Shown piece after piece: positions 13,322 to 27,586 of a stretch of DNA of 64,000 nt. The stretch is from Lytechinus pictus (taxonomy: Eukaryota): the NCBI RefSeq assembly GCF_037042905.1, contig NC_087251.1:24864001-24928000 (forward strand). The letters run 5' to 3'. Numbering within the stretch: position 1 is the first letter of the stretch; every line of letters begins with the position of its first letter. Made by a program: the position numbers and the translations under genes. The notes below the pieces were generated by a model. The model searched no databases. It had not been told where the DNA came from and worked only from the letters and a program-made list of their open reading frames with translations.

Positions 13322-16300
13322 TCTTCAAATCATTAATAAGGAAATAGTTGTCATTTTGTGGAGCTTCAATTGTACCTCAAACATTTTCTCATCAAGTTCA
13401 TAATCATTATGATGAAGATATATGTAGGCTTGGACCAGCGCATATTTCAAGCTTGGTATGGATCTAGGATTTATCCATGATTTCAACCAGAGGGGGGGGG
13501 GGGGTGCAGAAGGAAAAGTGAGCTGATAGCTTTCAAATTTTCAACAAAAGAAAATCACTCAAAAAGGTTGCAATTTGCTACAAAATGAAAAGTTGCACAA
13601 AAACTTGACACCCACTGCCAAGAGAAAAAAATTACTTCCCAAATGGATGACAGGCTCTTGTCAAAGGGGGCTCAATTTGATGAAAAAGAGGTCCACATGG
13701 CCCCTTGTCCTTTTTAATCTGCACCTGTTTTAATTCACTGTACGTATAATACTGTTTGTTTTAGTGCATTACTACATGTACATGTAAATCATATTTCAGA
13801 CATCCCTCCTGATATTCAAGTGTTGTTTAATCAGGACTTAATTTTAGTTCAAGACAACATAGCAGACATACAGACCATGCAAGTCCATCATTTCATACTT
13901 TCATTCCAAACAGATGGCAGGTCAAAATATGGGTAGCAAAACAAAACAAAATATTATGAAGTATAATTTGCACTTCACAGTGTGATGAAGCAGATTCCAT
14001 CTAGATGTTATAGTCACCAAACGATACAGATTTTTTTATAGGATTTACATTAAATTCACAATATCATCCCTGTGATGTACACATGCATTACGATGCATAC
14101 CCCTCTTAAACACTTTTGAAATTAATCATTCATCTGAACAGGAAATTGATACCTTTTTGCTGGCACCCATTACCTTTGTCTTGTGTGTGTGTTATTAGAC
14201 TTGCTGGTGGAACCATACTGATAAAATTTGAATATTATTATTCAAACCCATAACAGGTCATTCCCCCAAACTAATATATTACTAAATTATGATTCAGCTT
14301 TCAAAATTTAAGTTGAGGTTTAGTTGATGAAGAAATAAAGATGCTATCTGTTGAAATAATATTGGTTTAAAAGACTAAAATCAATAAGAAATTGAAATAA
14401 AAATCTTTGGTTTAATATATTAACATTTGCTTGAAATATATTTTTGTAACCATTTTTTTTCTCTGTCGTTGGGCTATATGCATTTCCTGTTATTTTTGTG
14501 TGTGAAAAGTTGGCCCCATTATCTCAATTTTTCTGTGCTGTTACACAGATATCCTATCCTTCCAACACAGTGTAACCTGTACCTGATGATTAAAAAGACC
14601 CTCCTTTGATTGGCATCTTTTTATAGCACTTCCTGTTCGCTAAATACGAGAAGAGCGATGAAGTCATGGCTACTCCTCCATCTAGGCATTATTTTTAGAC
14701 AAATTGTCAAACATTATTTTAGATAGGATGAATGCTACTGGTAATGTTGACAGACAGTGTGTGTAGCTGAAAGGGTGTGTGCTAAATGGGTATGTTGACA
14801 TTGGAATGGGATACAGACAGTAGCATGCATCCCCATTCACGCCACTGCCGCCGTCACCGCTGTCGCATCCTTCGGTTTGGCAAAAGACATTGGGCACTTT
14901 CCATTTGAATAGATGGTGCTGTGAATACTGTAGCCGAAGCAATTGGATGTATTTTTAGCAAGCGTGTCTCAAAATATCTTTTATTACTATCATGCTGTAT
15001 TTGTAATGAAGTGTTTAAAAAAATTGATTCAAACAAGGCTTAGAATCTGTCCTTGTATGAACATTAACAAGACAATGGCTAGAAGTTTTAGGAAGACAAG
15101 GACGCAACATTATGATCAGAAGAACATAAGGTCATCAGTACCTATATTATTAATAGCCACTGTCATTTTAAGATATTTTCCCCAAAATACTCAAACCTTG
15201 ATTGAAAAATATTGAACACCTATAGTATCACACAAATGACAGAAGCTATTATCTTGAATTTGGAGATAATTTTGTCCTTTTTTTGCTCTGACCCACAGAA
15301 CACTGAGTGATTATGATAATGCATATTTTTCATAGACAGGATCTGCAAAAATACAGGCTCGGTCTCCAAAATGTTGATAATAATTATTAAGTAATGTCTT
15401 CTCCAAATCCACTGTCATTTTATTAATTTTCAGGATTTCGTGTGTTTTTTAATGCCCACTCCCTTGGGTGGTAACAAATATATTTATAACCTTGATAGTT
15501 ATCATGCGAAAAAGAAGTTATTCTGAGTGAAACCTTTGCCCCCATGATTTTATAAGTAGTGAGAACAAAGAGGAGCAGAGGAAAAGAAAGGGAGAAAAAC
15601 GAAGAAGAGTATAAATGGAGAGGTCTGTGTAGTGTAACTACCTTCCTAACACTAGTTTACTGGAAACTAGTTTAACGTGTAATCAGGGACGTGAGAGGGC
15701 TCTCACGTCCCTAGTGTAATGAGAACGGTCGAGACAATCTTCCAAACCGGTTCATAAAACCACCTCGCGATGTATTTTTCAAGATCGCTTTGCCTCATTA
15801 AATTTGTTTTAGTGTAAGTGAGGACACAACCGTTCTTCGGGAAGCGATCTTTGCACGTTTTGAGCGCGCTACTCTACACACTGTGTAGAATGCCTACGAT
15901 GCGGTTTCAAATTTCGCACAAAAAAGTGTCACCCCACTGAGAGCATTCCCATAGCAACAAGATCGCTTTTACGTGAAGTGATTTTGAAAACCACTTTCGG
16001 GTGATCAAATGGGAACACTAGCACAGCGATCTTCCAAACTGGTTTCCAGTAAGCTAGTTTTAGAAAGCGTAATGAGAACGGGGTCTATAATACACTCACA
16101 ATTCAATTGAGAAAAAAACTATTTCACATTTAGGACATCATAACCCGTATCAAAATATCCTGGTGCAATTGCTGGTGATTTACAACTTTTTGTACTCTAA
16201 AACAAATTCAAAGCTTTCATTTTTGTTTTTTTCAGATTTCTTTCAAACCTTTACCATTCCACTTCTCTAATTTTCCTCTTTCTTTTGAAAACAATATCCC

Positions 16301-19300
16301 TTTTTGTTGGATTCCTCTTCATATCTGTTGATAGACCATTGAACACAACATCTTCATTTACATATACCGTTGTAAACGTTCCCTTCATTGCTTTCTATAT
16401 TTTCTTCCAAGCTGCACAAATATTTTTGAGTGTGCAATTTGCATTGCAATGGTTTCTTTATTTTCAAATGCAATTTGTTCATTCTTGAATTCCTTGGTCA
16501 GGAAACAGGAAGACCCATTCAAAATGAATTCATGTTTTAATGACGTAGAGTTGTCTTTCATTTGCTTATAGGCATGAGCACATTTCAGTAAGGTTTTCCA
16601 CCTCTCTCTTCCCATATTCCGCCAGTAAACAGTTGTGTACATGGAGCAACTATCCCGTGGTTATTTTTGGCTGTCCCTTTCCTTTCATGTAGAGACGTAG
16701 GCATCGCATTGTGACGGCTAAAAATAGACCATCGTAGTAGTAGACTGGGAGCCCAAATGAAAAAGCTTTATTCACGATGTGAGTTCACGTAGTAGTGTTG
16801 AATTACCAGTGCTCAGTGGATTTTTTTTCTCCCCCCTTCCCCCTGAGCTCTGTATATGATTATGAACCCAAAATAGACTTAACTTGGTATGCTAGATTTG
16901 TACTCAAGATCTATGCAAGTTACTGAGGGAGTATGCTTCTCTAGTATAATGCACTATATGCTGTCACAAACATACATTTAGAGTTTTACAACTAGTGCAC
17001 ACACGCCATAATCATATGGCATATGATTGTGTAATATAGACATCTGATGGAAATCTTTTTTAGTTTAGATACTACCCTCTTTAATAGCACTTCATGTTTT
17101 AGCTTTATAAGGTATGAAGCTACAAGTGTATAATTCAGAATACTTCATTTAATGTTATGAATTTAGATTTTAGAGGTTCAATTGAGTAATAAGAGTGATT
17201 TTCCCAGAGGGGAACATGTACAGGTATGCCACTATTTTGAAACTCATCAAATACTTTTCCTGGTGTGCTGGTCATATTTGTATTATATACTGTACATGCT
17301 GCATCTCATGTATATTCATATGCCATTTAAATGCACACATTTCATTTATGTGTATCCCACACCAAGATTACATGTATACATATGTATATATATATACCAA
17401 CCACTTCTAGAAATATTTTAAATTCATTTTAGCTTAGATTATACATTTCATACTGTGCGTACCCTGGAAATTTGGATTTATCATTGAAAAATGGTAATTC
17501 AACAGGTTTTGTCACTTTTGACCAATAATGTGTCCACATCTACTGAAGTAAGCATGGTATATAATAATCTCTTAGAAATGAAATGTCGGTTCAGTTTTGT
17601 ATTATTAAAATGAAATGATTAATAAATCCATGAACATGAACACTTTCTTAGGTTAATACTAGTGAATAAGGCATTTATAGTGAATTGCCATGTTAGCCAG
17701 CTGATGAATTCATCTGTTGACTACTTTATTGATTTATTCATATTGTTCATGCGTGAGTGATTGTTACTGAGTATTTGAAACTAAAGCCCAATAAGAGCTT
17801 AGGTAAGTGCAGTATTTAGACAGTCAACATTGCATAATCCTATTGTCAAACAGTGGAATTATAGTGATTTGTGGTAGCAATATTATACACAAGCAAGAGT
17901 TGAGACAAAACTCTGAAAACCTGCAATTTTTCAAACAGTTGCATACATGTAAATACATTTCTATAGAGTCCTCTAAACTCCTCTTTGAAATTTAAATGAA
18001 AATTACAGCTCAACATGTGCACTTTAGTTTGAATTATACTCATCTTGTTTATAAGGACAGCCCATCAGTAATTGATAGTCAACTATGGATTTGAAATATT
18101 TTGTCATGATTTTTGTTTTTCTTCCGGTAATGTACAACAAGTATTTTCTGAGATCTAAAATAACTGTAGTTTTCTCGCTTCCAACTGAGACATTTTTAGT
18201 CTGCAGAAAATTGTCTCCAAATAAGTTTGAGAATTCACAGTAGTCTGGCTCCCTTTTCATGCCCAATTGAATCATTTCACATACCATCATGAAATCATTA
18301 TTTTCCTGCTCTTACTCCCTCAAAGCCAACAGGATATTTCTGTCCAGCCTTCCATCTATTTTTGTCGGCTGTTCTATAAAAAGCCGCAAAGGAAACACCG
18401 TAGCCACGGCAGCGTGTTTTAATTTTAGCTCTGCCATTTCTAAAATTAATCGGGGATCCGAAACCTGATCGACGCTGCTATTTTGGGCCAATTGACGTCA
18501 CTGCTGGTTCCCGTGGTGATACGTGATATCATCAGAGGCAAGCCGCTTGGCCGAGTGATAGGAAAGCTTCTGCTCGTAGAGCATCTGCAATAACAGCACT
18601 TATCCATTCCCAGGCTTCTCCGTACACACACAATGTTCATCCATACACTCATGTAGGGATGTAGGATAGGAGAAGATGGGATGGAGAAATGGAGAATGGA
18701 CCAGTGTGTGAGAGACACACTCTCAGAGACACACAGACTGAGGGGAGGGATAGAGACAGAGGGGGAGAGAGAGTTGAGGAAATTCATCTAGGCATGAATA
18801 TTCGTAGAAGCTGACGATGATGGTGACATGCACTCCCCTCTGTACTATTCCCAGGGTTTTATACTTCCCTTAACCTGTTACATCATATATGGGTAGGATG
18901 ATTATTAGACGCTCTGTATGGATCAGGGCAATATTACACTGTTCCACTTTCTATAAATACTTGTATTCAATATTTCAGGGTATCTGTAAAGTTGAAAGGA
19001 ATGACACTGGACGGTAGCAGCTGATTAAAATGCCCATAGATGTATAAATTCATTAAGAAAGGGCCTTTACCATTGTTGTTCATTCATTCCAACTATTCAT
19101 TTCATGAAAGAATAAAAAAGGGTAACAAAAGAATTCTTTAATTCTTTAATAAAATATGCAGATCCTATTGGACTTGTGTACTGTAGCAAAGCAAACAATA
19201 GCAAATGCGCAGTCATCCAAACTGTCGTATCTGCAATGCATTGACTTTGCACATGGAAGAGCAATACAACGTTTTGCTTAATTCGTATTAAAATCACGGT

Positions 19301-19520
19301 CAGAGTTGTTGTATCCCCTTTGCCGTTTTTGTACATTGAAAATCTAAACCGCTCAAACCAAAATTACAAGCATGTAGCTCTTTTGCGATATTCTCTCTGA
19401 TTCTTGGTTTTGTGTAAAAGTAAAGATAACCAATGTCAAGCAATTGTCTTGGTCTTTCCAACCATTGTGAGGCTGGGGAACAAAGTATGTGAATCATAGT
19501 AAACTCTGAAATGGGTTTTA

Positions 19521-19948
19521 CAGACCTGCCAACCTCTGGGAATGAAAAACTGTATTCTGTGTAAAAAACTGTATTTTTCCCCAAAAAAGTGTATTTCATA
19601 ATAAAATGCTTGGCTCACTCGCTCATCGCGGCGCTCAAGCTGCATGCAAGCTAAAATGCGCACTGCTCTTGCAGATGAAAAAAACAACATTAAAACATGT
19701 GTATATCTTCACCCTGGTTTGAACAAAATGATTGAAAAAAAAAAAAAAGTTACCTGAAATTACATTGATCTAATAACCATATTTGTGCACGTTTTATGAA
19801 ATAGAGACAGATAGAGATTATTCTTCTCAATAAATTACAATTTAGTTTAAAAAAAAACAAACGTATTTTTCAAAGAAAAAACGTACTGCCGTATTTTGGT
19901 TGCAAAAACGTACTAAATACGGCTAAAATGTACTGGTTGGCAGGTCTG
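19521..19948. mobile_element. MITE with 6-bp TSD (hAT-related)
   Basis: TIR CAGACCTGCCAACC / GGTTGGCAGGTCTG; GTTTTA duplicated on both sides. Confidence 0.8.
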
Positions 19949-20522
19949 GTTTTAGCACTGTCGTATGTGTGGTATGACCGTTGGGATGACTGCCGAGTGC
20001 CGACATATGCTAGCTGGATTCTGTGGAAAACCTGTGTTTTATCACAATCATTGAGTCTCCAACAGGTTAATTGGAGTTAAAGTTCTGTAGTTCTGCATTT
20101 TAAATGTGGATCTTTGCATCATCTTCACCAACATGAATCTTACCAGACTTCTCTGAAAATGTGAGGATGATAGTATATGTAGCTGGCTGCATATTTCACT
20201 TATGCTTTTAGAACTTGAATATTTACTATACTTACAAAATTCCAACAATGTGAAAAATATCACTCACGTAATTTCAAAACCAATGTTACCTGTCATGCAA
20301 ATAGTCTCTGTTGGTAGTGTCTTGAGTAAAGAAGTTTCTCCAGCTTGTATTTGACATTCTTTTTATTTTTTTTGTACTGTTCGCTTACATAAACTTATTT
20401 AATATCTAATATCTCTGTTGTTTGGTATGAGGGCTCCTTTAATTTAGAGAACAAATCATGCAGTTTTGGATCAATGATATGCTAGTTAATAATTTTTTTG
20501 TCTGTCCTTTTATTGTTTACAG

Positions 20523-20624
20523 CGAGAAGATGACCCACAGACAGAAGCTGATCGTAAGGCTCAGCGGTGTATTGTATCATCCCTTCAGACCCGTTTCCCT
20601 GGGATCACTGTCATTGGTGAAGAG
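20523..20624 (+). CDS. BPNT1: BPNT1 exon 2 (REDDPQTEADRKAQRCIVSSLQTRFPGITVIGEE)
   Basis: TTTACAG acceptor, GAG|GTGAGT donor; T.AD and GEE motifs of the inositol monophosphatase superfamily. Confidence 0.95.
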
Positions 20625-20926
20625 GTGAGTTATAGTCTCCACCAGACCAGTTTCCTCCAGACTAGTCTTCTCAATAGGCCTAAGAGGTTGTTCAAACACA
20701 CACGCTATCATGTATATTCTTTATTAGACCCTTCAAAATATATTATTTTTTAATTTGTATATTTCTATTTCCTCATTTTATCCCCTAAAAAGTATAAATC
20801 CTATCAAGGAATTTTAGACCTCCCAGAAGCCCACAATACAAATGAATGCACTCAATTTTTTTTTGGGGGGGATGGGAGGTTTTTTTTTCTATAATTTCTT
20901 AAAATATTTTTTCTTATAGTGGTTTT

Positions 20927-21162
20927 TTGTCTCACCTGCGTAGCATATGAAATGTGGACATAGGGGTAATCAAGTATCATGTACAAGTCTTAGGTCACAT
21001 GATCAAGGTCGAATGTCATTTAGGGTCAATGAACGTAGTATTGTATCATTATATGAATGGTGTTTTTTGTGAATAATTATTTTATTGTAGTTTTCAAAGT
21101 AAGCACTGCTGCTATATTGAATTGCGTAATGCAGGTGAGACTGGCAGAGGCGCTCCACTTGT
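20927..21162 (+). mobile_element. Internally deleted copy of the Helentron-like family
   Basis: Same termini (TTGTCTCACCTGC ... GCAGGTGAGAC...CCACTTGT) with one partial internal unit. Confidence 0.75.
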
Positions 21163-22992
21163 TTTTACAATTGTTGTAAATTTAGGCACTCAAAAAACCT
21201 ATCACATCCATAATATATTTCAACCCTAAAAGCATTCCTGTTTACAAGTATATTTTGTTATTGCTGAGTAGCCCCCCCCCCCCTCTTTGGCTTAACTAAA
21301 AACTCATGATCATGATTAATACTCTAAATCAATTGTCATCAAAGTCTTTATTGCACTCAATTGATTTGTATTACTTTATATTACTTTGTATTTTGTTTTG
21401 AATGGAAATGGAATAAAGAATTGAATTGAAAAAAAATGAATTTGTTATTTCCATGAAATAATCTATTGGCCAATTCATATTTTCATTTAATTGGACAATT
21501 GTGTTTTGAATTTGGCAGCTTTTCATGGCAAGTTTTGGGTTGGCCTAGCTTTTCCAGCTAGTAGATAGTTTGCAAAGTGACTACTAGGATATTTGATTAA
21601 CTAAACTAAAATCTGGATAGCTTTGTCTAGAAATTTGCTTTTTTTTCTGTTCATGCTTTTCTGGTTGTCACACAAATAAATATACTCGACATGAAAGAGA
21701 GTTTATCATAATTATAATAACCAAAGTACCCAAGTACTACCAAATTATCAAATTTGAATAGAATCCTTGAAAAAGAAAAGATGGGATTTTAGTATCCTCT
21801 TAATCATGGCAGCACAGGTCCATCTTAGGGCCTTTTCACACATGAATCTTGAATCATTGTAATGATGATTGCTATTGTAATTGTGACTGTGATTAGCGTT
21901 CGTGATTCTAATCATGTTCTAGTTTGGTTTCACACATGCCGTGTGAAAGGGCGGTAAATCACCTTATCATTGGTATAATTACATGGTTGAACATTTGTTT
22001 ATTTGAGTGATTAAGATTATGAAAGACATGATTCATGAATGTGATACTCTACTCAAGATCTTTAGCTAAACAGTCTCATTTCATAAAAAGGCCTGGCTGG
22101 TCCCCAAGCAGTGACCTGTCAAAATTGGCTAGAAACTGACACTCTTATAGCTTAAAATCCTCTAGAAAGTCTCTTGCAATGTGGCCATATATGTAATTGA
22201 GCAATAAAGAAGTACTCCCCATACAAAGTTCATGCCATATCTAAATTCTTGTTTTTGTTTTTTAAAGAAATTATTTGTATATATATTCCTTTCCTATGTC
22301 CTGCTTTTTGAAATCTACAATGTGACTAGCATTTGAGAAAAAATTTAATAAGAAAAGATTTGTTTAGTCATTCAAACTCTATACATGTATTTGTGGTTTA
22401 CTCTTGTTGTCCATCCAAATAGGGATCTAAATAATCAATTTGTTGATGACAAATTGGTAATTAGATCATTTTCTTCTGTATATTCAATTGAATCAAGCTC
22501 GAGTACTTATGCAGTTTACCACATCTGGAAAATTCCCTCTCATACAAGATTGCCAATTGCTGAAAGATAACGGAATGGCCGGGAATGTCGAAGCCATTTA
22601 CGGGATGGAAATAGAATGTTCTTTCTCACCACTTTACAGGGTTAAAAATAACCTGCAGTGAGGCCTTGGCAGACCTTTACACATATAGATGATTGCATGA
22701 ATTCAAATGAAGTTGAAGTGTGGTGGTAGGCTTGCAAACATCTCATTAGAATTTCTAGATGGGACTCCAGCAACATCCAATCAGTTTGAACCGACACATT
22801 TCTATGCGAAGCTGTGTTAAGTGTTGTATGTCAACAAACTAGGAGCATACAGATCTATACATGTACCCTCTGTACATTGGGATGTGACCATACGATTTGT
22901 ACCCAATGGTGAACTGTATCGTGATATGTTTGGGTTTGTTTGGGTTACAAGTAAACAAGCTTGAAGGTTTTTTTAGGGAGATGGGTTGTTAA

Positions 22993-23575
22993 AGGAGAAT
23001 GAAACCCTTGAAACCAGCTGAATCCATATCAAAGAGAAAAATCAAAGGAACACATTGTTCAAAGTTTGAGGAAGATTGAATGAATAATAAGAAAGTTATG
23101 AGCATTTGAATATTGAGATCACTAGTGCCATGTAGATCCTCCCATCGGCAATGCGACCAAGATCTGTGATATCACACACGTACAACTCCCTCATTACTTT
23201 AGTACTTATTTCACTTATATTCTCACTTTTATAGAGTCTATCACAAGGTGAGGTGTTCTCTTTATGAGATGACAAGTACAGAGGTTTCACAACATTATAT
23301 CATTGATGAATCGTTTGTCATATGATTAGAATGAGCAAAAAGAAATATTTTGGGGTATATTTTCAGTGTCCAAATGGGAGAGTTGTACGTGTGTGACATC
23401 ACAGATCTTGGTCGCATTGCCAATGGGAGGATCTCCATAGCATTAGTGATCTCGACATTCAAATGCTCATAACTCTTTTATTGCTAGTCCTATTTTACTC
23501 AAACTTTTGTTGATCTTATTTTTTTATTTTTCTGCTTTCACAAAAGCTAACTTGCTCCAAGAGTTTCATTCTCCT
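22993..23575. mobile_element. Kolobok-like palindromic MITE
   Basis: TTAA flanks; AGGAGAATGAAAC / GTTTCATTCTCCT with extended internal inverted symmetry. Confidence 0.8.
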
Positions 23576-24043
23576 TTAAGATAAATTCTGTATAGCTCTA
23601 CAAACTGCTCTACATGGAAAACAAAAAAGTTTAAAAGGATCATTTCAATCCCTTCGCATATCAAAATTGCATTTAGGCCTATTTGTAAAATATGATTAAT
23701 GTTTTTATGAGGTATCATGTATTTTAAGTAATTACTGAGTTAATAATGGGCCTAATATTCATGACTACGCTATGTATCAGCTACATTTTAAAGTATTATT
23801 CTGCTTGTTTGATACTGTCCGTCAAGTTCACACTATTCTCTGAGGAGAGGGTAATTCCCTGTTACTTGGAGAGTTATTCTACAATCTTGTGTTGGTAGCG
23901 GAGAACTCTTTCCCCCTTCTCCTCTCAGTCGAGGGGTGCAGGGACAAAATTGGAAGGAATTGATGGAATACAATGCAGGATGGTGTTCCATTCACAGTCT
24001 TGTAAGCACAGCCATGTCCAGAGATGGAGATATAGGTGTGAAC

Positions 24044-24204
24044 TGGGGGGCGTTTCATGAAAGAACTTGTCGGACGTTTTATCCGACAAGTCCTGTTTTA
24101 TCCGACAGTTACCATAGTAATATTGCTTATCAGCCAATCAAAATCAAGGAAAGATGTCAGATCTGACAACATGTCGGACAAAAATGTTGATGAAACGCTC
24201 CCCA
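24044..24204. mobile_element. Short MITE (related copy at about 31220..31345)
   Basis: TGGGGGGCGTTTCAT / ATGAAACGCTCCCCA termini. Confidence 0.6.
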
Positions 24205-25310
24205 GATGTCTGTGTTCAGTCTTCCCCCTGGTGATGACCCTCTTAGCTGGACACGGGCTGGACATCCCCCGGTAATTTGAATGAGCATGAAGCCAAGAAA
24301 TCAAATACAACAGACAAAGAACATGAATTTCATTCATTGTTGTGACATCACAATCAAATTTGATCAAGAGCAACAAAGGAATGCTCCCCATTTTTTGAGG
24401 AGAACAGTGTAGGGCTACATGTAGCCTACATACATGTAGCAGCAAGATCATTGTATTTATCATGTTTTTTGCGCACTACATATGACCAGGGCATACCCAA
24501 CAATGCTACGCAGGGTAACATAAAGCACAGACATCACTGAAGAGGGCTATAGACATAGCTTTCATAGAGTTAAGATTAATCTACTTCATCTGCTCTACAA
24601 ATTGGCAAACAATAATTTTCTATTCTTTTTTTATATATGAAATGAACATATTTATGAAAAATACTTCTAAAAAGAGAAACCCCATTCTCGCACCTGGTAT
24701 GGCACCCGCCAATGGAAGTCCCCCCCCCCCCTCCGTTGAACAGCACCAAATACTGCACTTGAAACGCTACATCTTTTCAGGAAATTTTTGTCTTTTTACT
24801 CTTATTCCATATACATGTACTTATTGCTTACAGGAAAAAGAGATCTATAAAAGCGTCAAAAGGAGACAATGCATATGCCTACATCTATTGGTTAAAACAT
24901 ACTAGGTAGTTTGGATTTTTACCTCCAAGAAAATATAAAGATATCTACAAGATTTTGCAGCAGGATCAGTTGCAATTGTGCACTAATGGTACGGTATGAT
25001 ACTGATCAAGAATTACTATGTGACCTGCCTGGGAGAATAAACTATTTATAGATAGAGCACTCCACTAGTAAATACATGTGCATGCGTTTCATTCGCAAGC
25101 ATCCATCTCCTTTTTACTGAGGTACACTACGTGTCCAGTGGGGTATAAATAGACATTCAACATCATGCATTGATCTCCCCTTATCATTTGAGATTGTGAT
25201 TATGTTGTTTTATGATGTATGTGAGGATATAAAATAGAGAGATTTTAGATGAACTGTGAAGATAATTAGAAGAATAAAAGAAAAGAAAAATTATTATTGA
25301 CTATATTAAT

Positions 25311-26761
25311 TAGAGGCGTCGATCGAGGGGGGGGGGGGCAGGGGGGCAATCGCCCCACCAACAAAAATATTGGAGGGGAAGCATAGCGTTTTGCCCCCCC
25401 CCCAAAAAAAATAATTCTGTAAGTGTAAAAAGAAAATAAAGTTACACAGAAATGGGCAAATTAACCAAATAGTATAAAATTTTGTTTTTACATCTGTAGT
25501 ACAATACAAAATTATGATTTTCTGCGCGCGGGAAATGATTCCATCTATCGTTGTAACTTTTACACAAGAATTTCAATATATAGGCATTCCTTTTTGCCAA
25601 TGAATAAACAAGAAAATGGCAAATGCCTTTTTATAGGCTGATCCAGGTAAGTTATGTATACCTCTAAGTTGATTTTAAAAAACTACTTAAAATTCCCCTT
25701 TTCATGACAGTTTTATCATAAATTTCGGCTAGCGATTTGCGCTCATATTGTTCAAAAAATGTACGTACCCATGCATCCTATTCATTATTAAAAAAGTGAT
25801 TAAAGTGTCCAGTTTTCAGGTCTTAATATCAACAAATTTCGCGCTCTCATAAGGCTTATTAGATATATAAATTAATTAATAACATGTCCATGAATTCCTA
25901 ATAATTACATTACCCCTTTTTTCAGAATGGAATATTGGCAAGTTCATCTAGAATTTAGAAAGAGGAAAAGGAAGGTAGTCATTATTTTTATATTATGAGT
26001 ATGACAAAATGTCCTTAAAATGTCCCGATCCTAGGTCAAAAATATTTAAAAAATTCAGCTTGCACTTCGCGCTTGCACCGTTTATTAAATGCTTACCGTA
26101 ACCACTTCACATTTACCTACATGTACACAGTGCTTGAAATGATGCTTAAATTGACCCTTTTTCAGATCGGAATATCACCTTTTTTTTCAGCTTGCACTTC
26201 GCGCTCGCATTATTGATTTTCATAATAAAAGAAATGTATTTAGAATGCCCAGATTCTAGGTCTAAATCTAAAACATGCGCACGCATGTTTATTGAGATAC
26301 ACAGCATGTTCTTTATTTAAAACGCACTTGAATTATCCAGTTTCGCGCTCCTATTATTAATGTAGGAAAATACCCAATTATCCATCCTTTTCATGATTTA
26401 CGAAACATAAAGAAGTGTCCCAGTTTTAGGTCTAAATCTCATTTTCCCTGCTCGCACTTCGCGCTCGCATAAATTGTTTTGTTATATACCTATCCCGTTC
26501 ATGATTACAAAAAGTGGCTAGAATGACCAGTTCTTAGGTCGGGGTGGCAAAAATTTTCAGCTTGCGCTTCGCTCTCGCAGTAATAATTATTTAATTTTAT
26601 ACGCATTTTGTTCAGGATCACAAACATTGCTCAAAATGTTTAGTATTATATATATTTGCATATGTATGTGCAAGTTTTGTGTGATCGAGTGCCTATGGAA
26701 TGTTGATTCATGATTTTGTCCCCCCCCCCCCCCCATCTGAAAAAATAGATCGACGCCCCTG
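25311..26761. mobile_element. hAT-like MITE
   Basis: TAGAGGCGTCGATC / GATCGACGCCCCTG; 8-bp TSD ATATTAAT. Confidence 0.85.
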
Positions 26762-27379
26762 ATATTAATTATGTCCAATACTTGGGAAATAGGATACTAG
26801 TAAGGATGATATTATCCCATTAATTTACCACATCACAATGAACTAACCAAAGTTTTAATTTGATATTCACACTGGGATATTAAATGTAAAACATTGGTAC
26901 AATTCTGATTTCTGAATCTTGGTCTGACTGTCATCCGATTGTTATATTTCTTTTTTCTTTTTGCATATAGATAGCATCCTTATAAGGTTTCTCTTTCATC
27001 TTGTAAAAAATAAACATATAAAAGTGGTAATTGTGTATTTGGTACTTGACTTAACTTTTAAGTTGTTGAAGAATTTTATGAAATGCATGATAATTTTTTT
27101 TTACTATGTGAAGTAATAATCTATTAATATTTGTGATTAGTGATTATTAATATGCCATTATGGTCTGTGTTGAACTTGAGTATAACAGCCATTTGGGGTT
27201 TTATTGGACTTGGTACATATGTACATTCTTTTAACTTGTAATAATGTAGATTTATTAACCTTGCAAAATTATGTGTATCATATTGTATGAATTTGTATCA
27301 CATTGTATAGTATCAATTTTGTATACCACTAATAGAGGAAATGCTTAAATTGCCCCATTTTCTTTCTATTATTATTCAG

Positions 27380-27481
27380 GATCTGATTGAGAGTGCAACA
27401 GACTTGATAGAGATGGGAGATTCAGAAGATGTACTCGGTAAAGCTTGTCCCGATAGTCTCAAGTCAGTCTCACTGGCAGAT
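27380..27481 (+). CDS. BPNT1: BPNT1 exon 3 (DLIESATDLIEMGDSEDVLGKACPDSLKSVSLAD)
   Basis: TTCAG acceptor, GAT|GTAAGT donor; 102 nt, phase 0-0; CP motif at the position expected for BPNT1. Confidence 0.88.
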
Positions 27482-27586
27482 GTAAGTACTAAATCATTGA
27501 TTGTTTTGATTCTTGAACCTGTTGCATACTGGAACCAGGTGGTCCCTGTAGCAAGGGTATGGGAATGACAGAATTTAGTATTAAAA

